From Candidatus Woesearchaeota archaeon (GTDB lineage Archaea > Nanobdellota > Nanobdellia > Woesearchaeales > WAPY01), in assembly GCA_049700835.1 (NCBI GenBank), contig JBNAUL010000002.1:142129-206128 (forward strand): a stretch of DNA of 64,000 bases. Reading direction: 5' to 3'. The notes under the pieces are model-generated. The model made no database searches. It was not told where the DNA came from and saw nothing but the letters and a program-made list of their open reading frames with translations. The position numbers and the translations under genes were made by a program. How positions within the stretch are numbered: the stretch's first letter is position 1; every line of letters starts with the position of its first letter. Below, piece after piece: positions 47,711-59,090 of the stretch.

Positions 47711-50284
47711 ATGGAATATTCAGAAGAGATGATTTACAAAAAACTTGACAAGATAGTTTTTGGTTTTTTAAGCCCACAGATGATTAAGGACATGGCTGCT
47801 GTTAAAGTTGTAACTCCTGAACTGTATGACAAAGAAGGATATCCTGTTGATGGGGGTTTGATGGACACAAGGATGGGAGTAATTGATCCTGGTTTGAAAT
47901 GCAAAACCTGCGGCGGAAGATTAAAGGAGTGCGTTGGGCATTTTGGATACATTGTTCTTGCAAGGCCTGTGATACATGTCAAACTCGTCAATGTCATTCA
48001 TGAACTATTGAGAAGCACATGCCGGGAATGTGGAAGGGCTTTGATGGACCAAAAGAGAATAAAGCAGTACTTAAACAGACTTAGCGAGTTAAATCCTGAA
48101 GACAAGGTAATTGGAAGCCCAATAGTCACAGAAATAATAAACAAGATGAAGGATGCAAAGAAATGCCCTCACTGCGGCGCAAAACAATTTAAGATAAGCA
48201 TTGAAAAGCCAACAACTTTTTTAGAGGACAACAAAAAACTTACTCCTATAGAAGTTAGAGCAAGATTAGAGATGATAAAGGATGAGGACTTGCCATTGTT
48301 TGGAATTGACCCGAAAGCTGCAAGGCCTGAATGGATGGTTCTAACGCTTCTACCAATACCTCCTGTTACAACAAGGCCTAGCATTACCCTTGAAACAGGA
48401 GAAAGGAGCGAGGATGACCTAACCCATAAATTAGGCGATATCGTTAGGATAAACCAGAGATTGTTTGAAAACATAAATGCAGGCGCTCCTGAAATAATCA
48501 TAGAGGATTTGTGGGAGCTTCTTCAATATCATATAACAACATACTTTGACAATGCAATAGCCCAACTTCCTCCTGCAAGGCATAGAAGCGGGCAGCCCCT
48601 TAAAACATTGACAGAGAGAATAAAGAGCAAACACGGCAGGATAAGGCACAACCTCGCAGGAAAGAGGACAAATTTCTCTGCAAGAACAGTAATAAGCCCT
48701 GACCCTATGTTAGAGTTGGATGAGGTTGGGGTTCCTTTTTTGATTGCAACAAAACTCACTGTTGCTGAGAGAGTAACAGAATGGAACAAGGAATATCTGA
48801 AAAGATTTGTAATTAACGGGCCTAAAAACTATCCAGGATCAAACTATGTCATAAGGCCTGACGGAAAGAAGAAAAAGATAACTGACGAGACAAAAGAACA
48901 ATTGGTTGAGGAATTAGCTCCTGGTTACATAGTTGAGAGGCATCTCTTGGATGGAGACGTAGCGCTCTTCAACAGGCAGCCCTCTTTGCACAGAATGAGC
49001 ATGATGGCTCACAGGGTAAAGATACTGCCATACAAAACATTCAGGTTAAACCCTGCTGTTTGCCATCCTTACAACGCTGATTTTGACGGGGACGAAATGA
49101 ATCTTCATATTCCTCAAACAGAAGAGGCAAGGGCAGAAGCAGAATTTCTGATGAGAGTTAACACTCAAATAATAAGCCCAAGATACGGGTTAAGCGTTAT
49201 TGGATGCATACAGGATTCAATAGCAGGGAACTATTTGCTTACAAAGGAGCTTGAACTCCCAAGAGAAGAAGCGCTCCAAATACTTTACGAATCAGGAGTT
49301 GATAACCTCTCAAAACTTCCAAACAAGAAAAGAGTTACTGGAAAAGAGGTTTTCAGCGTCATACTTCCTGATGATTTCAACTATGTTGGAAAATCAAAAT
49401 CAGGGCCTGTAATAATAAAGAACGGAATCCTTGAAGAAGGAGTAATGGATAAGTCAAGTTTAGGAGTTGAATCAGGATTGATGCTCAGAAGCCTTCACAC
49501 TCAATACGGAAAGGAAGAGACATTCAAGATTATAGGGCAGATATTCAGGCTTGGAATAAATGTTCTGCTCCATTATGGTATGACAACTCTGCTTTCTGAC
49601 ATTGATCTTCCAAAAGAAGCAAGGGAAAGAATAAATGAAATTCTTAACAGCGCAGAAAATGAAGTAAGGAATTTGATTGAAAAATACAAGAATGGAGAAT
49701 TAAAGGCTCTTCCAGGAAGAACTTTGAAGGACACTTTGGAAATAAACATACTTGAAATCCTAAACAAAGCAAGAAACGATTGTGGAGATGTAATAGAACA
49801 ACATGCTTCAAAAGAAACAAGCACGATGCTTATGATAAAATCAGGGGCAAGGGGAAAGCTCCTCAATTTAATCCAAATGGCTGCTGTTGTAGGGCAGCAA
49901 GCTTTGAGAGGCAAAAGAATTGAGAAGGGATATTCAAACAGAACTCTATCTCATTTTAAAAAAGACGACCTTGGGCCAGAAGCGCATGGTTTCATAAGAA
50001 GCAATTTCAGAGAAGGAATGAATCCCAAGGAATTCTTCTTTGCAGCAATAACAGGAAGAGATTCTCTTATGGACACTGCATTGAGAACTCCAAAGTCAGG
50101 TTATCTCTACAGGAGATTGGCAAATGCACTGCAGGACTTGAAGGTTGAGTACGATTACACTGTAAGGGATTCAAACAATAGGATAATCCAATTCCTTTTT
50201 GGAGAGGATGGAATAGATGTTTCAAAATCAGAACACGGAAAACTAAATGTTGGAAGAATAGTTAGGGAAGTGCTCGAGAAATAA
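47711..50284 (+). CDS. rpoA1: DNA-directed RNA polymerase subunit A'
   Basis: Zn motifs CKTCGG...C..H and the catalytic NADFDGDEMN; 857 aa. Confidence 0.97.
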   Translation: MEYSEEMIYKKLDKIVFGFLSPQMIKDMAAVKVVTPELYDKEGYPVDGGLMDTRMGVIDPGLKCKTCGGRLKECVGHFGYIVLARPVIHVKLVNVIHELLRSTCRECGRALMDQKRIKQYLNRLSELNPEDKVIGSPIVTEIINKMKDAKKCPHCGAKQFKISIEKPTTFLEDNKKLTPIEVRARLEMIKDEDLPLFGIDPKAARPEWMVLTLLPIPPVTTRPSITLETGERSEDDLTHKLGDIVRINQRLFENINAGAPEIIIEDLWELLQYHITTYFDNAIAQLPPARHRSGQPLKTLTERIKSKHGRIRHNLAGKRTNFSARTVISPDPMLELDEVGVPFLIATKLTVAERVTEWNKEYLKRFVINGPKNYPGSNYVIRPDGKKKKITDETKEQLVEELAPGYIVERHLLDGDVALFNRQPSLHRMSMMAHRVKILPYKTFRLNPAVCHPYNADFDGDEMNLHIPQTEEARAEAEFLMRVNTQIISPRYGLSVIGCIQDSIAGNYLLTKELELPREEALQILYESGVDNLSKLPNKKRVTGKEVFSVILPDDFNYVGKSKSGPVIIKNGILEEGVMDKSSLGVESGLMLRSLHTQYGKEETFKIIGQIFRLGINVLLHYGMTTLLSDIDLPKEARERINEILNSAENEVRNLIEKYKNGELKALPGRTLKDTLEINILEILNKARNDCGDVIEQHASKETSTMLMIKSGARGKLLNLIQMAAVVGQQALRGKRIEKGYSNRTLSHFKKDDLGPEAHGFIRSNFREGMNPKEFFFAAITGRDSLMDTALRTPKSGYLYRRLANALQDLKVEYDYTVRDSNNRIIQFLFGEDGIDVSKSEHGKLNVGRIVREVLEK

Positions 50285-50363
50285 ATAAAAATAAAAAAGA
50301 CAATCAAAATAATCAAAAATCAAATCGATGCTCTTTAAAGCAAGAACAACTGCATAAAATTAA

Positions 50364-51563
<1,200 letters not shown>

Positions 51564-51587
51564 AAAATACATGATAAAAAACATAAG

Positions 51588-51764
51588 ATGAAGAAGATAA
51601 TGTTTTGCAACAATTGCAGAATTTACACCTTAAAAGAAAACTGCCCAATCTGCACCTCAAAAACAATTCTTGCAATTCCTCCAAAATACTCTCCTAAAAG
51701 CAAGTATGATTTCTATCTAAGAAAAGCAAAGGAAGAGGAAAGAATAAAGAAAGGACTTATATGA
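51588..51764 (+). CDS. nop10: H/ACA RNP protein Nop10 (58 aa, below the ORF-track cutoff)
   Basis: MKKIMFCNNCRIYTLKENCPICTSKTILAIPPKYSPKSKYDFYLRK, i.e. a Zn ribbon plus the P.(K/R)(Y/F)SP.D.Y-like motif. Confidence 0.8.
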   Translation: MKKIMFCNNCRIYTLKENCPICTSKTILAIPPKYSPKSKYDFYLRKAKEEERIKKGLI

Positions 51765-51837
51765 GATTATAAATATAGAATGTAGAAAGCATGGGTTACT
51801 TTATAGAGATTTATATTCACAAGCTTATATTTAAAAT

Positions 51838-52623
51838 CTAAACTTCTTTTCTTTCAAAACTGAAAAATCCTTTCTTTTCTTTCATAAAGTTTTGGACTTC
51901 TGCAAGAAAGATTTCTAAATCCTTTTCAATTTCCTTGAAATTTTCCCCTGATAAAACAACAAGATAACCACCAGAACCAGCGTATTTTATGCTTATGTTC
52001 TTAACCTTTGAAATTCCTCTGCGCAACGCATCCTTAACAACTTCAACCCCGTTTGGTTCATAGCTTGTCAATTTCAGCAAACCCTTTATTTCAACCCTTT
52101 TAGGTTTTCTTCTGGCAAGTATTATTTCTTTTAACTCATCAGCAAGTTCCTTTTTAATTCCAAAGTCCTCAAGTTTTACTTTGTTGTTAACAACATCGTC
52201 AAAACATTCAAAGACATAATTGTAGTTCTTAAGAATCTTGTCAGCTATCTCGTGATAAAACTGCTTAAAATCGATGTTCTTTTTCTTTGCAAGCAGCGCT
52301 ATTATTTTTTCAGAGTTTTGCTCTTCCTTAATCTCATCAAGCTTGCTTCTCTTTTGTATTTGGGTAACCCTTCTCAGCGAAAGGTCAATGTAACCTTTTT
52401 CCTTGTTAACCCTCAAAACCTTGCAGACAATAATCTTTCCTTCTTTGACAAACTCATAAATGTTCCTTATTCTTCCAGGGCTTATCTCTGAGATGTGAAT
52501 TAAACCCTGTTTGTCATATTCTTCAAGATTTACAAATGTTGAGTGAGGAGTGATGTTTGTAACTCTGCAAAGGACAAGTTCTCCTTCCTCAGGAAAACCT
52601 TCCCTTCTATACATTAAATTCAT
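51838..52623 (-). CDS. eif2a: translation initiation factor aIF2 alpha
   Basis: S1 domain GELVLCRVTNITPHSTFVNLEEYDKQGLIHISEISPGRIRNI. 4-nt overlap with rps27e. Confidence 0.93.
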   Translation of the reverse strand: MNLMYRREGFPEEGELVLCRVTNITPHSTFVNLEEYDKQGLIHISEISPGRIRNIYEFVKEGKIIVCKVLRVNKEKGYIDLSLRRVTQIQKRSKLDEIKEEQNSEKIIALLAKKKNIDFKQFYHEIADKILKNYNYVFECFDDVVNNKVKLEDFGIKKELADELKEIILARRKPKRVEIKGLLKLTSYEPNGVEVVKDALRRGISKVKNISIKYAGSGGYLVVLSGENFKEIEKDLEIFLAEVQNFMKEKKGFFSFERKEV

Positions 52624-52805
52624 TCAAGCACCTCAAGAACTCTTGCCTTCAATCTTGCCTTTCCGCCGCTAGGAACAACTAAAACCCTTCCGCAAACAAG
52701 GCAATTAACAACTGTTGAGGCCTTTCCAAAAACAATCTGCTCGTTCTTGCACTTTGGACATCTAACCTTAACAAACTTTGATTCTGGTTCTCTTATCTTA
52801 ATCAT
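52620..52805 (-). CDS. rps27e: 30S ribosomal protein S27e
   Basis: FVKVRCPKCKNEQIVFGKASTVVNCLVCGRVLVVPSGGKA. Confidence 0.93.
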   Translation of the reverse strand: MIKIREPESKFVKVRCPKCKNEQIVFGKASTVVNCLVCGRVLVVPSGGKARLKARVLEVLE

Positions 52806-53020
52806 GCTCTCACCTTTTTAAAATTTTAAGATTGTTGAACAACGCAATTTATGAGAGAAGAGCCTATATTTTTAAATGTTACTATATTTTAACTTCATTA
52901 ACTCTCTAAAATTTTAACTTCTTAAATCTTAAGTTAAACTGAAAAAACCGAAAAGCATTATTTAAAATAAAAGCGTTCTAACGCAAAAATTTTTAAGCAA
53001 GATATTAAACCTCTAAGTTC

Positions 53021-55708
53021 ATGCTAACCTTTAAGAAAAATCCTGATCCAAAAGAAAAGGTCGTTAATATTTTAAACCCTGTAATAAAAGAATGGTTCTT
53101 CAGAAAGTTCAAGGAGTTTTCACTGCCCCAACTTTACGCTGTCACTGAAATTCACTCTAGAAAGAATGTTCTCATAAGCGCTCCTACAGGAGGCACAAAA
53201 ACATTGACTGCTTTCCTTTCAATAATAAACGAGCTTTTTACGCTCTCGCAAAACAATCTGTTAGAAGACAGAATTTATTGCGTTTATGTTTCTCCTTTGA
53301 AAGCATTGAATTATGACATTGAAGTAAATCTTAAAACTCCTTTAAAGGAAATTGAAGAGATTTACGGCAAGAAAACAAACATAAGGGTTGCTGTGAGAAC
53401 AGGAGATACTTCTGCTTCTGAAAAGGCACAGATGCTTAGAAAACCGCCTCACATTTTGATAACAACCCCTGAAAGTTTGGGGATAATATTGTCTTCAATA
53501 AAATTCAGGGAGCTGTTGGCAAATGTTGAGTGGGTTATTGTTGACGAAGTTCATGCCCTTGCAGAAAACAAGAGGGGCTCTCACTTGAGTTTAAGTTTGG
53601 AGAGAATGCAAAGATTGAATTATTTCTCAAGGATTGGGCTTTCAGCAACAGTTGCTCCAATAGAAGAAATAGCAAAATTCTTGGTTGGTTTTGATAATGG
53701 ACAACCTAGGGATTGCGTCATAGTTGATGTTCAATTTGTAAAAAAAATGGATTTAAAGGTTTTAAGCCCTTTGCCGAATTTAATAAACATCGAATACGAA
53801 GAACTCCATGGTTCATTGTATACACTTTTAGATCAGTTGATTCAAAGCCACAAGACAACGCTAATTTTTACAAACACAAGATCTGCAACTGAAAGAGTAA
53901 TCCATCATTTGAAGGAGAAGTTTCCAAAGCACTATGCTCTAATGGACGAAAAATCCGATTATCCTGTTATAGGAGCTCATCATGGTTCTTTGTCAAAAAC
54001 TCTTAGAAGAAAAATAGAATCAAGATTGAGAGAAGGAAGGTTAAAGGCAGTTGTTTCAAGCACCTCTCTGGAGCTTGGAATAGACATTGGATATATAGAT
54101 TTGGTTGTTCTGCTTGGAAGCCCAAAGTCAGTTGCAAGAGCTTTGCAAAGGATTGGAAGGAGCGGTCATAAATTAGCGGACACAACAAAAGGAAGAATTG
54201 TTGTTTTGGACAGGGATGATTTGATAGAGTGTTCTGTGCTCTTAAAGAGTGCTATTGAGAAGAAGATTGACAAGATTCACATTCCAAGGAATGCGTTGGA
54301 TGTTTTAGCGCAGCACATTGTTGGGATAACATCTGTTGAAAAGATAAGCGTCAAGGAATTGTTTGAAATGATAAGGAAAAGTTATTCTTATTCAGAACTT
54401 GATTACAAAGACCTTGAAAATACCCTCAAGTATCTCTCAGGGGAATTTTCTGATTTAGAAGACAAGAGGGTTTATGCAAAGATTTGGTTTGACAGGGATT
54501 CAGGCTTTATAGGACGAAGGGGAAAAATGTCAAGGGTTATTTACATGACAAACATAGGAACAATACCTGATGAAACAGCAGTTCTCGTAAAGGTTGGGGA
54601 AGAAGTGATAGGAAAGATTGAGGAGAGTTTTGCAGAAAAATTGAAGAAAAACGATGTATTTGTTTTGGGCGGAGAAACCTACAAGTTCAAGTTTTCAAGG
54701 GGGCAGGTTGTTCAGGTTGAGCCAACAACAGGAACTCCTACAATTCCATCTTGGTTTTCTGAAATGCTTCCATTGAGTTTTGATTTGGCAATGGAAATTT
54801 CATCGTTCAGAAGGCTTATGGAAGAGAAGTTTTTGGTTGGAAAGAGCAGAGAAGAAATTTTGGAGTTCATAAACGATTATCTCTATGTTGACAAAAACTC
54901 TGCAAACGCAATCTATGTTTATTTCAAGGAACAGTACCTTTATTCAAAAATAGCGCATGACAAGAGGATTGTTGTTGAGCATTACAATGACGGGAAGAAA
55001 AAATATGCTATATTTCACACGCTCTTTGGGCGCAGGGTTAACGATTGCCTGTCAAGGGCAATAGCGCTGGTTATTTCAAGAATGCAGCATGTTGATGTTG
55101 AGATTGGAATAACTGACAATGGTTTTTACATTGCCTCAAAGAAAGACATCCAAGCAGTCAAGGCGCTCAAAGTCCTAAATTCAAAGAAGCTCTACAATGT
55201 AATGGAAGCTGCTATTGAGAATTCTGAAATCTTGAGAAGAAGGTTTAGGCACTGCGCTGTCAGGGCTTTGATGATTTTAAGAGAATACAGGGGATATAAG
55301 AAAAGGGTTGGAAGGCAGCAAGTTTCCTCAATGATTCTAATGAACGCTGTAAGAATGCTAGGAAACGAATTTCCAATTTTGAAGGAAGCAAAGAGAGAGG
55401 TCTTAGAAGATGTTATGGATATTGAAAATGCAGAGAAGGTTATTGAGTTGATTGAAAGCGGAGAAATAAAAATTGTTGAGACAAGCTCAGAGGTTCCAAG
55501 CCCGTTTGCATTCAACATAATCTCAGAGGGCTATCTTGATTTGCTAAAGATTGAAAACAGGACGAGCTTTTTAAGAAGAATGCACAATCTTGTGCTTGCA
55601 AAGATTTCCCTAAAAGAGGGAAAGGAAAAAATTAAGGACATTCTTGAATTTGAAAAGGAAGACAATGATTCAAGAGTAGAAGAATCAAATAATCAAATAA
55701 AGAGTTAA
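53021..55708 (+). CDS. lhr: Lhr-like ATP-dependent DEAD/DEAH-box helicase
   Basis: ISAPTGGTKT (Walker A), VIVDEVH, SATV, RIGRSGH, followed by a DEAD-associated C-terminal domain; 895 aa. Confidence 0.9.
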   Translation: MLTFKKNPDPKEKVVNILNPVIKEWFFRKFKEFSLPQLYAVTEIHSRKNVLISAPTGGTKTLTAFLSIINELFTLSQNNLLEDRIYCVYVSPLKALNYDIEVNLKTPLKEIEEIYGKKTNIRVAVRTGDTSASEKAQMLRKPPHILITTPESLGIILSSIKFRELLANVEWVIVDEVHALAENKRGSHLSLSLERMQRLNYFSRIGLSATVAPIEEIAKFLVGFDNGQPRDCVIVDVQFVKKMDLKVLSPLPNLINIEYEELHGSLYTLLDQLIQSHKTTLIFTNTRSATERVIHHLKEKFPKHYALMDEKSDYPVIGAHHGSLSKTLRRKIESRLREGRLKAVVSSTSLELGIDIGYIDLVVLLGSPKSVARALQRIGRSGHKLADTTKGRIVVLDRDDLIECSVLLKSAIEKKIDKIHIPRNALDVLAQHIVGITSVEKISVKELFEMIRKSYSYSELDYKDLENTLKYLSGEFSDLEDKRVYAKIWFDRDSGFIGRRGKMSRVIYMTNIGTIPDETAVLVKVGEEVIGKIEESFAEKLKKNDVFVLGGETYKFKFSRGQVVQVEPTTGTPTIPSWFSEMLPLSFDLAMEISSFRRLMEEKFLVGKSREEILEFINDYLYVDKNSANAIYVYFKEQYLYSKIAHDKRIVVEHYNDGKKKYAIFHTLFGRRVNDCLSRAIALVISRMQHVDVEIGITDNGFYIASKKDIQAVKALKVLNSKKLYNVMEAAIENSEILRRRFRHCAVRALMILREYRGYKKRVGRQQVSSMILMNAVRMLGNEFPILKEAKREVLEDVMDIENAEKVIELIESGEIKIVETSSEVPSPFAFNIISEGYLDLLKIENRTSFLRRMHNLVLAKISLKEGKEKIKDILEFEKEDNDSRVEESNNQIKS

Positions 55709-55804
55709 TAATTAATTAAGAGTTAAAATTTAATGAAAAACTGATTGGGAAGCCAATAATTTTTAAGGAATTAAAAATAATTAATGGCAAACAAAAATTA
55801 TTTT

Positions 55805-57529
55805 TTATTTCTTATACATTTGAATTATTTCTTGGGTAGTTGTTGCCTGTTCAGGGCTTTTGTCTTCCCTGAACATCTTAAACCTTGGAAACCTTATTGC
55901 AAGCCCTTTTCCAAGCTGCTTTTTTCCACAGGTATGAACAGGGCTTTGGGTTATTTCTGCACCTATAACCACAACCACTTTGTTTGGAACGAACCAATAA
56001 TCTGCTTCTATTTCAGAATCAACCCTTGGATGTTTTTTAGGAATTAGAAACTGCTTCATTATTTTTGGAAGTTTGTTAAGGGTTTCGTCGCTGAAACCAG
56101 CTCCTAATTTTGAAACTGTCTCAAAAGAATCTGTTTTTGGATTGTAAGCAGCGCACAACAAAGCTCCATAAGAACCAGCTCTTTTGCCTTTGCCTGCAAA
56201 AGCCCCGACAACAACCAAGTCAAGAGTGTCCTGCAATTTTGAAATGTAGTCCTTCTTGTATTTTATCCAGAGCCAAGCCCTTGCCCCTGCTCTGTAGAAC
56301 GAGTCCTTTGATTTTGATTTTGCAATTATTCCTTCACAGCCTTCTTCCAAAACCTCTTGGAAGAAATCATCCACTTTGTCAAGATCATCACTATCTAAAA
56401 TCTTGCTCAACTTCACAAAATCATTTTTAACAACAATCCTTTCAAGAGTTTTCCTTCTTTCATGATAAGGTAACTTCATCAAACTCATGTTGTTCAAATA
56501 CAGAATGTCAAAAAGGAAAACACAAACAGGAACCTTTTTTGAGTATTCCTCAATATCATACTTTCTCTTTCTTTGCATTATGTTCTGGAATGAAAGTATG
56601 TTTCCTTCCTTATCAACAGGAACTGCTTCCCCTTCAACTATGAAATTCTTTTCCTTTATTGAACTCTTTATATTATTAATAATGTCAGGATATTGGGCAG
56701 TTATGTTTTCCAATCTTCTAGAGTAAATAATAACCTCTCCGTTTTCTTTTTTGTGAATTTGAACTCTTTCTCCATCATACTTTGCATCAGAATAAAAGCC
56801 ATAAGGCATCTTTTCTTTTATTTCTGAAAGTTTTTTTGCTCTTTGAGCAAGCATCATCTGTATCGGGCTTCCGATCTGAATTTCAATTTTTTTTACTCCT
56901 TCAATGCCCTTTGTTACTACCAATTCAGCTACAAGCCCTATGTCTGTGCAAAGGTTGTATGCTTCTTCCAAGACTTTCTTGTTCTCTTTTGTTCCTGTAA
57001 AGGCTATCGACAGGCTGTCAAGGATTGTCATTGAAGCAACTCCCAACCTCAATTTTCCAAGAAGTATCCTTACGATGTACTTTGCCTCTTCAGCGCTGCA
57101 CTCAAGCAAAAGTTCTGAGAGCAGAGCTATCTTCTTGTCTTGACTTCCGAAGCCGCTTGTTTGGGCAATCTCAACTAATTTCTTGTGTACTTCAAGGATT
57201 TCCAATCCTGATTTTTTCTTTATGCCAAAGCTGTTTCTAAGTTCAAGTGCAACAACTCCCAAATCCCCTTTCTTTTTCAAAAGTTTTGTTACTTCACTTT
57301 CTTCCTTGCTGTATGCTTTTGCAATTGCTTTTACCATCATCTTCTCTGCAATCCCAAAATCAATGCTTTTGTATTCAGGCGCAATCAGGCCTAAAATAAA
57401 ATAGCTCACAAACCTTATCTCTGTTTTAGGAACTACTTTTAAAAAATTTGAAAGAATTTCCCTGAGTTTGTTTCCAGAACTGGTCTTTTCAAGCTCTTCT
57501 AATACAACAACAAGTTCCTTGAACCTCAT
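55805..57529 (-). CDS. lig: ATP-dependent DNA ligase
   Basis: Adenylation motif DAKYDGERVQIH, EGIIAK, and an OB-domain C-terminus; 574 aa. Confidence 0.95.
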   Translation of the reverse strand: MRFKELVVVLEELEKTSSGNKLREILSNFLKVVPKTEIRFVSYFILGLIAPEYKSIDFGIAEKMMVKAIAKAYSKEESEVTKLLKKKGDLGVVALELRNSFGIKKKSGLEILEVHKKLVEIAQTSGFGSQDKKIALLSELLLECSAEEAKYIVRILLGKLRLGVASMTILDSLSIAFTGTKENKKVLEEAYNLCTDIGLVAELVVTKGIEGVKKIEIQIGSPIQMMLAQRAKKLSEIKEKMPYGFYSDAKYDGERVQIHKKENGEVIIYSRRLENITAQYPDIINNIKSSIKEKNFIVEGEAVPVDKEGNILSFQNIMQRKRKYDIEEYSKKVPVCVFLFDILYLNNMSLMKLPYHERRKTLERIVVKNDFVKLSKILDSDDLDKVDDFFQEVLEEGCEGIIAKSKSKDSFYRAGARAWLWIKYKKDYISKLQDTLDLVVVGAFAGKGKRAGSYGALLCAAYNPKTDSFETVSKLGAGFSDETLNKLPKIMKQFLIPKKHPRVDSEIEADYWFVPNKVVVVIGAEITQSPVHTCGKKQLGKGLAIRFPRFKMFREDKSPEQATTTQEIIQMYKK

Positions 57530-57585
57530 AAATCAGCGATATATTTTTGAAATTTTTAAATTTTGTCAAAAAAGAACAAATTTTC

Positions 57586-57999
57586 TCAGACAACCTTTAT
57601 TTCTTTTATGTCAAAGAACCTCTTAACAATATCTTCATATTCCCTAAGATTCTTTGCATTTTTTCCTATTATGAGACCTTTCACTTTTCTGTCAGAATCG
57701 CTTATCAAAACAATCCCTTCTTTTTCCTCAACGCTGCTTACCTTTAATGGCGCTATAAGGTTTCTTATGAAAACAACCAAAACAGGATTGTACTCAACTA
57801 TCTTTATTTTCTTGTTTAATTTTTTGGCAAGTTCTTTTACCTTGCTTCCCCTTGGGCCAATGGCCTTTGTAAGTTGGTTCAATTCCACTACAAATATAAT
57901 CTTGTCTTCGCTTTCTATGCAGTCCTTGAGCTTTACTCCAGTCAGCTTCTCAAAAAGAATCATATGGCTCATTAATTTTATGTTATACTTTTTTCTCAC
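57586..57999 (-). CDS. nusA: archaeal NusA-like KH-domain protein
   Basis: ILFEKLTGVKLKDC...AIGPRGSKVKELAKKLNKKIKIVEY. The GTG start overlaps the rpl30e TGA (GTGA). Confidence 0.85.
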   Translation of the reverse strand: MRKKYNIKLMSHMILFEKLTGVKLKDCIESEDKIIFVVELNQLTKAIGPRGSKVKELAKKLNKKIKIVEYNPVLVVFIRNLIAPLKVSSVEEKEGIVLISDSDRKVKGLIIGKNAKNLREYEDIVKRFFDIKEIKVV

Positions 58000-58280
58000 T
58001 TTGAATCCTCTTTCTCCTTTAGAATTCCGACTGTTGAAACCAAAAACTGCTTCTTACATACAACTCCAAGCTCTTCGTTGTTAAGGTTAAGTTTTTCAAG
58101 AGGAACATTAGTTATTTTTGAGTAATATTCAAAATCCCTCACAGAATCCTCAGGTGCATTTGAAGCCAAAAAAACCTTTTTCAATTTATTAAACTTCAAA
58201 TTCTTCAAAACATTCTTGTAACCGATGACAAGCTCTTTCTTTCCAACATACGCCTTTATTTCGTTAATGCCTTCATCCAT
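57996..58280 (-). CDS. rpl30e: 50S ribosomal protein L30e
   Basis: GKKELVIGYKNVLKNLKFNKLKKVFLASNAPEDSVRDFEYYSKITNVPLEKLNLNNEELGVVCKK. Confidence 0.85.
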   Translation of the reverse strand: MDEGINEIKAYVGKKELVIGYKNVLKNLKFNKLKKVFLASNAPEDSVRDFEYYSKITNVPLEKLNLNNEELGVVCKKQFLVSTVGILKEKEDSK

Positions 58281-58411
58281 AAAAACACCTTGAAAATTGC
58301 GAAATTTTATTTTGCTTTCTCATCTTTTTTAACGATTATAGAGAGCGAACATTATTAGTTTTTAAACTTTTCTTTTTTAAAGCAAGAATTAAAATTTCTT
58401 GTTCTACATTT

Positions 58412-59079
58412 TTATTTTTTTATTTTACCAAGATTTATTTCTAAAAATATATCAAATAATTTAGGATCAAACTTTTCTCTTTCTTTTAACATAATTTCCA
58501 ACGCTCTTTCTTTGTCGTAAGCACTGCGATACGCTCTTTCGCTTGTAAGGGCATCATAAACATCTGCTATTCTTACAATTCTTGCATAGAGAGGGATATT
58601 ATTAGCTTTTAAACCTTTAGGATAACCAGAACCATCATAGTTTTCGTGGTGATACAAAATTATATTCCTGATTATTTTTACTCCTTTTTTGTAAAGAAAT
58701 TTTTGTAGTTGCTTATAGCTTCTTCAAAAACATTATAAGCAATCGTTGTATGCAATTGTATTGTTTTTCGCTCAACTTCATTTAATAAGGTGGGTTTATT
58801 TAGAATACTTTCAGGAATAAATATTTTTCCAAAATCATGAAGTAAAGCACCATACCTTAAAAACTCAATATCAATTTTTTCATCAATATTGTGATTAAGT
58901 TTTTCTGCGATGTCTAAAGAAATCTCTGTAACATTTAAAGAGTGGTTTTGAATGTACGGATCTATTCTTGATTGGATAACACCAAATATGTTTAATATTC
59001 CATCCAATAGTTTTTTGTAATTTAAAGAATTTTTTTCATTAATGGATTCTCTTAATTTAAAATATTCTGAGTTCTTCAT
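58412..59079 (-). pseudogene. HD-GYP domain phosphohydrolase split by one frameshift at an A_AAA_AAG site
   Basis: The N-terminal ORF carries LLHDFGKIFIPESILNKP. The C-terminal ORF carries YHHENYDGSGYPKGL. The downstream frame is open back through the A6 run (plus-strand T-run 58685-58690), giving ...NFFTKK|GVKIIRNIILYHHE. Confidence 0.75.
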
Positions 59080-59090
59080 TTTAATCTTTT

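Noticed and set aside
55784-57404. A series of 60-106-aa plus-strand ORFs inside the DNA ligase gene. Comparable antisense ORFs lie inside rpoA', rpoB', gyrA, the RSH gene and others.
   Set aside because: They are antisense to strongly supported conserved genes. Their compositions are unremarkable and no motifs were seen.
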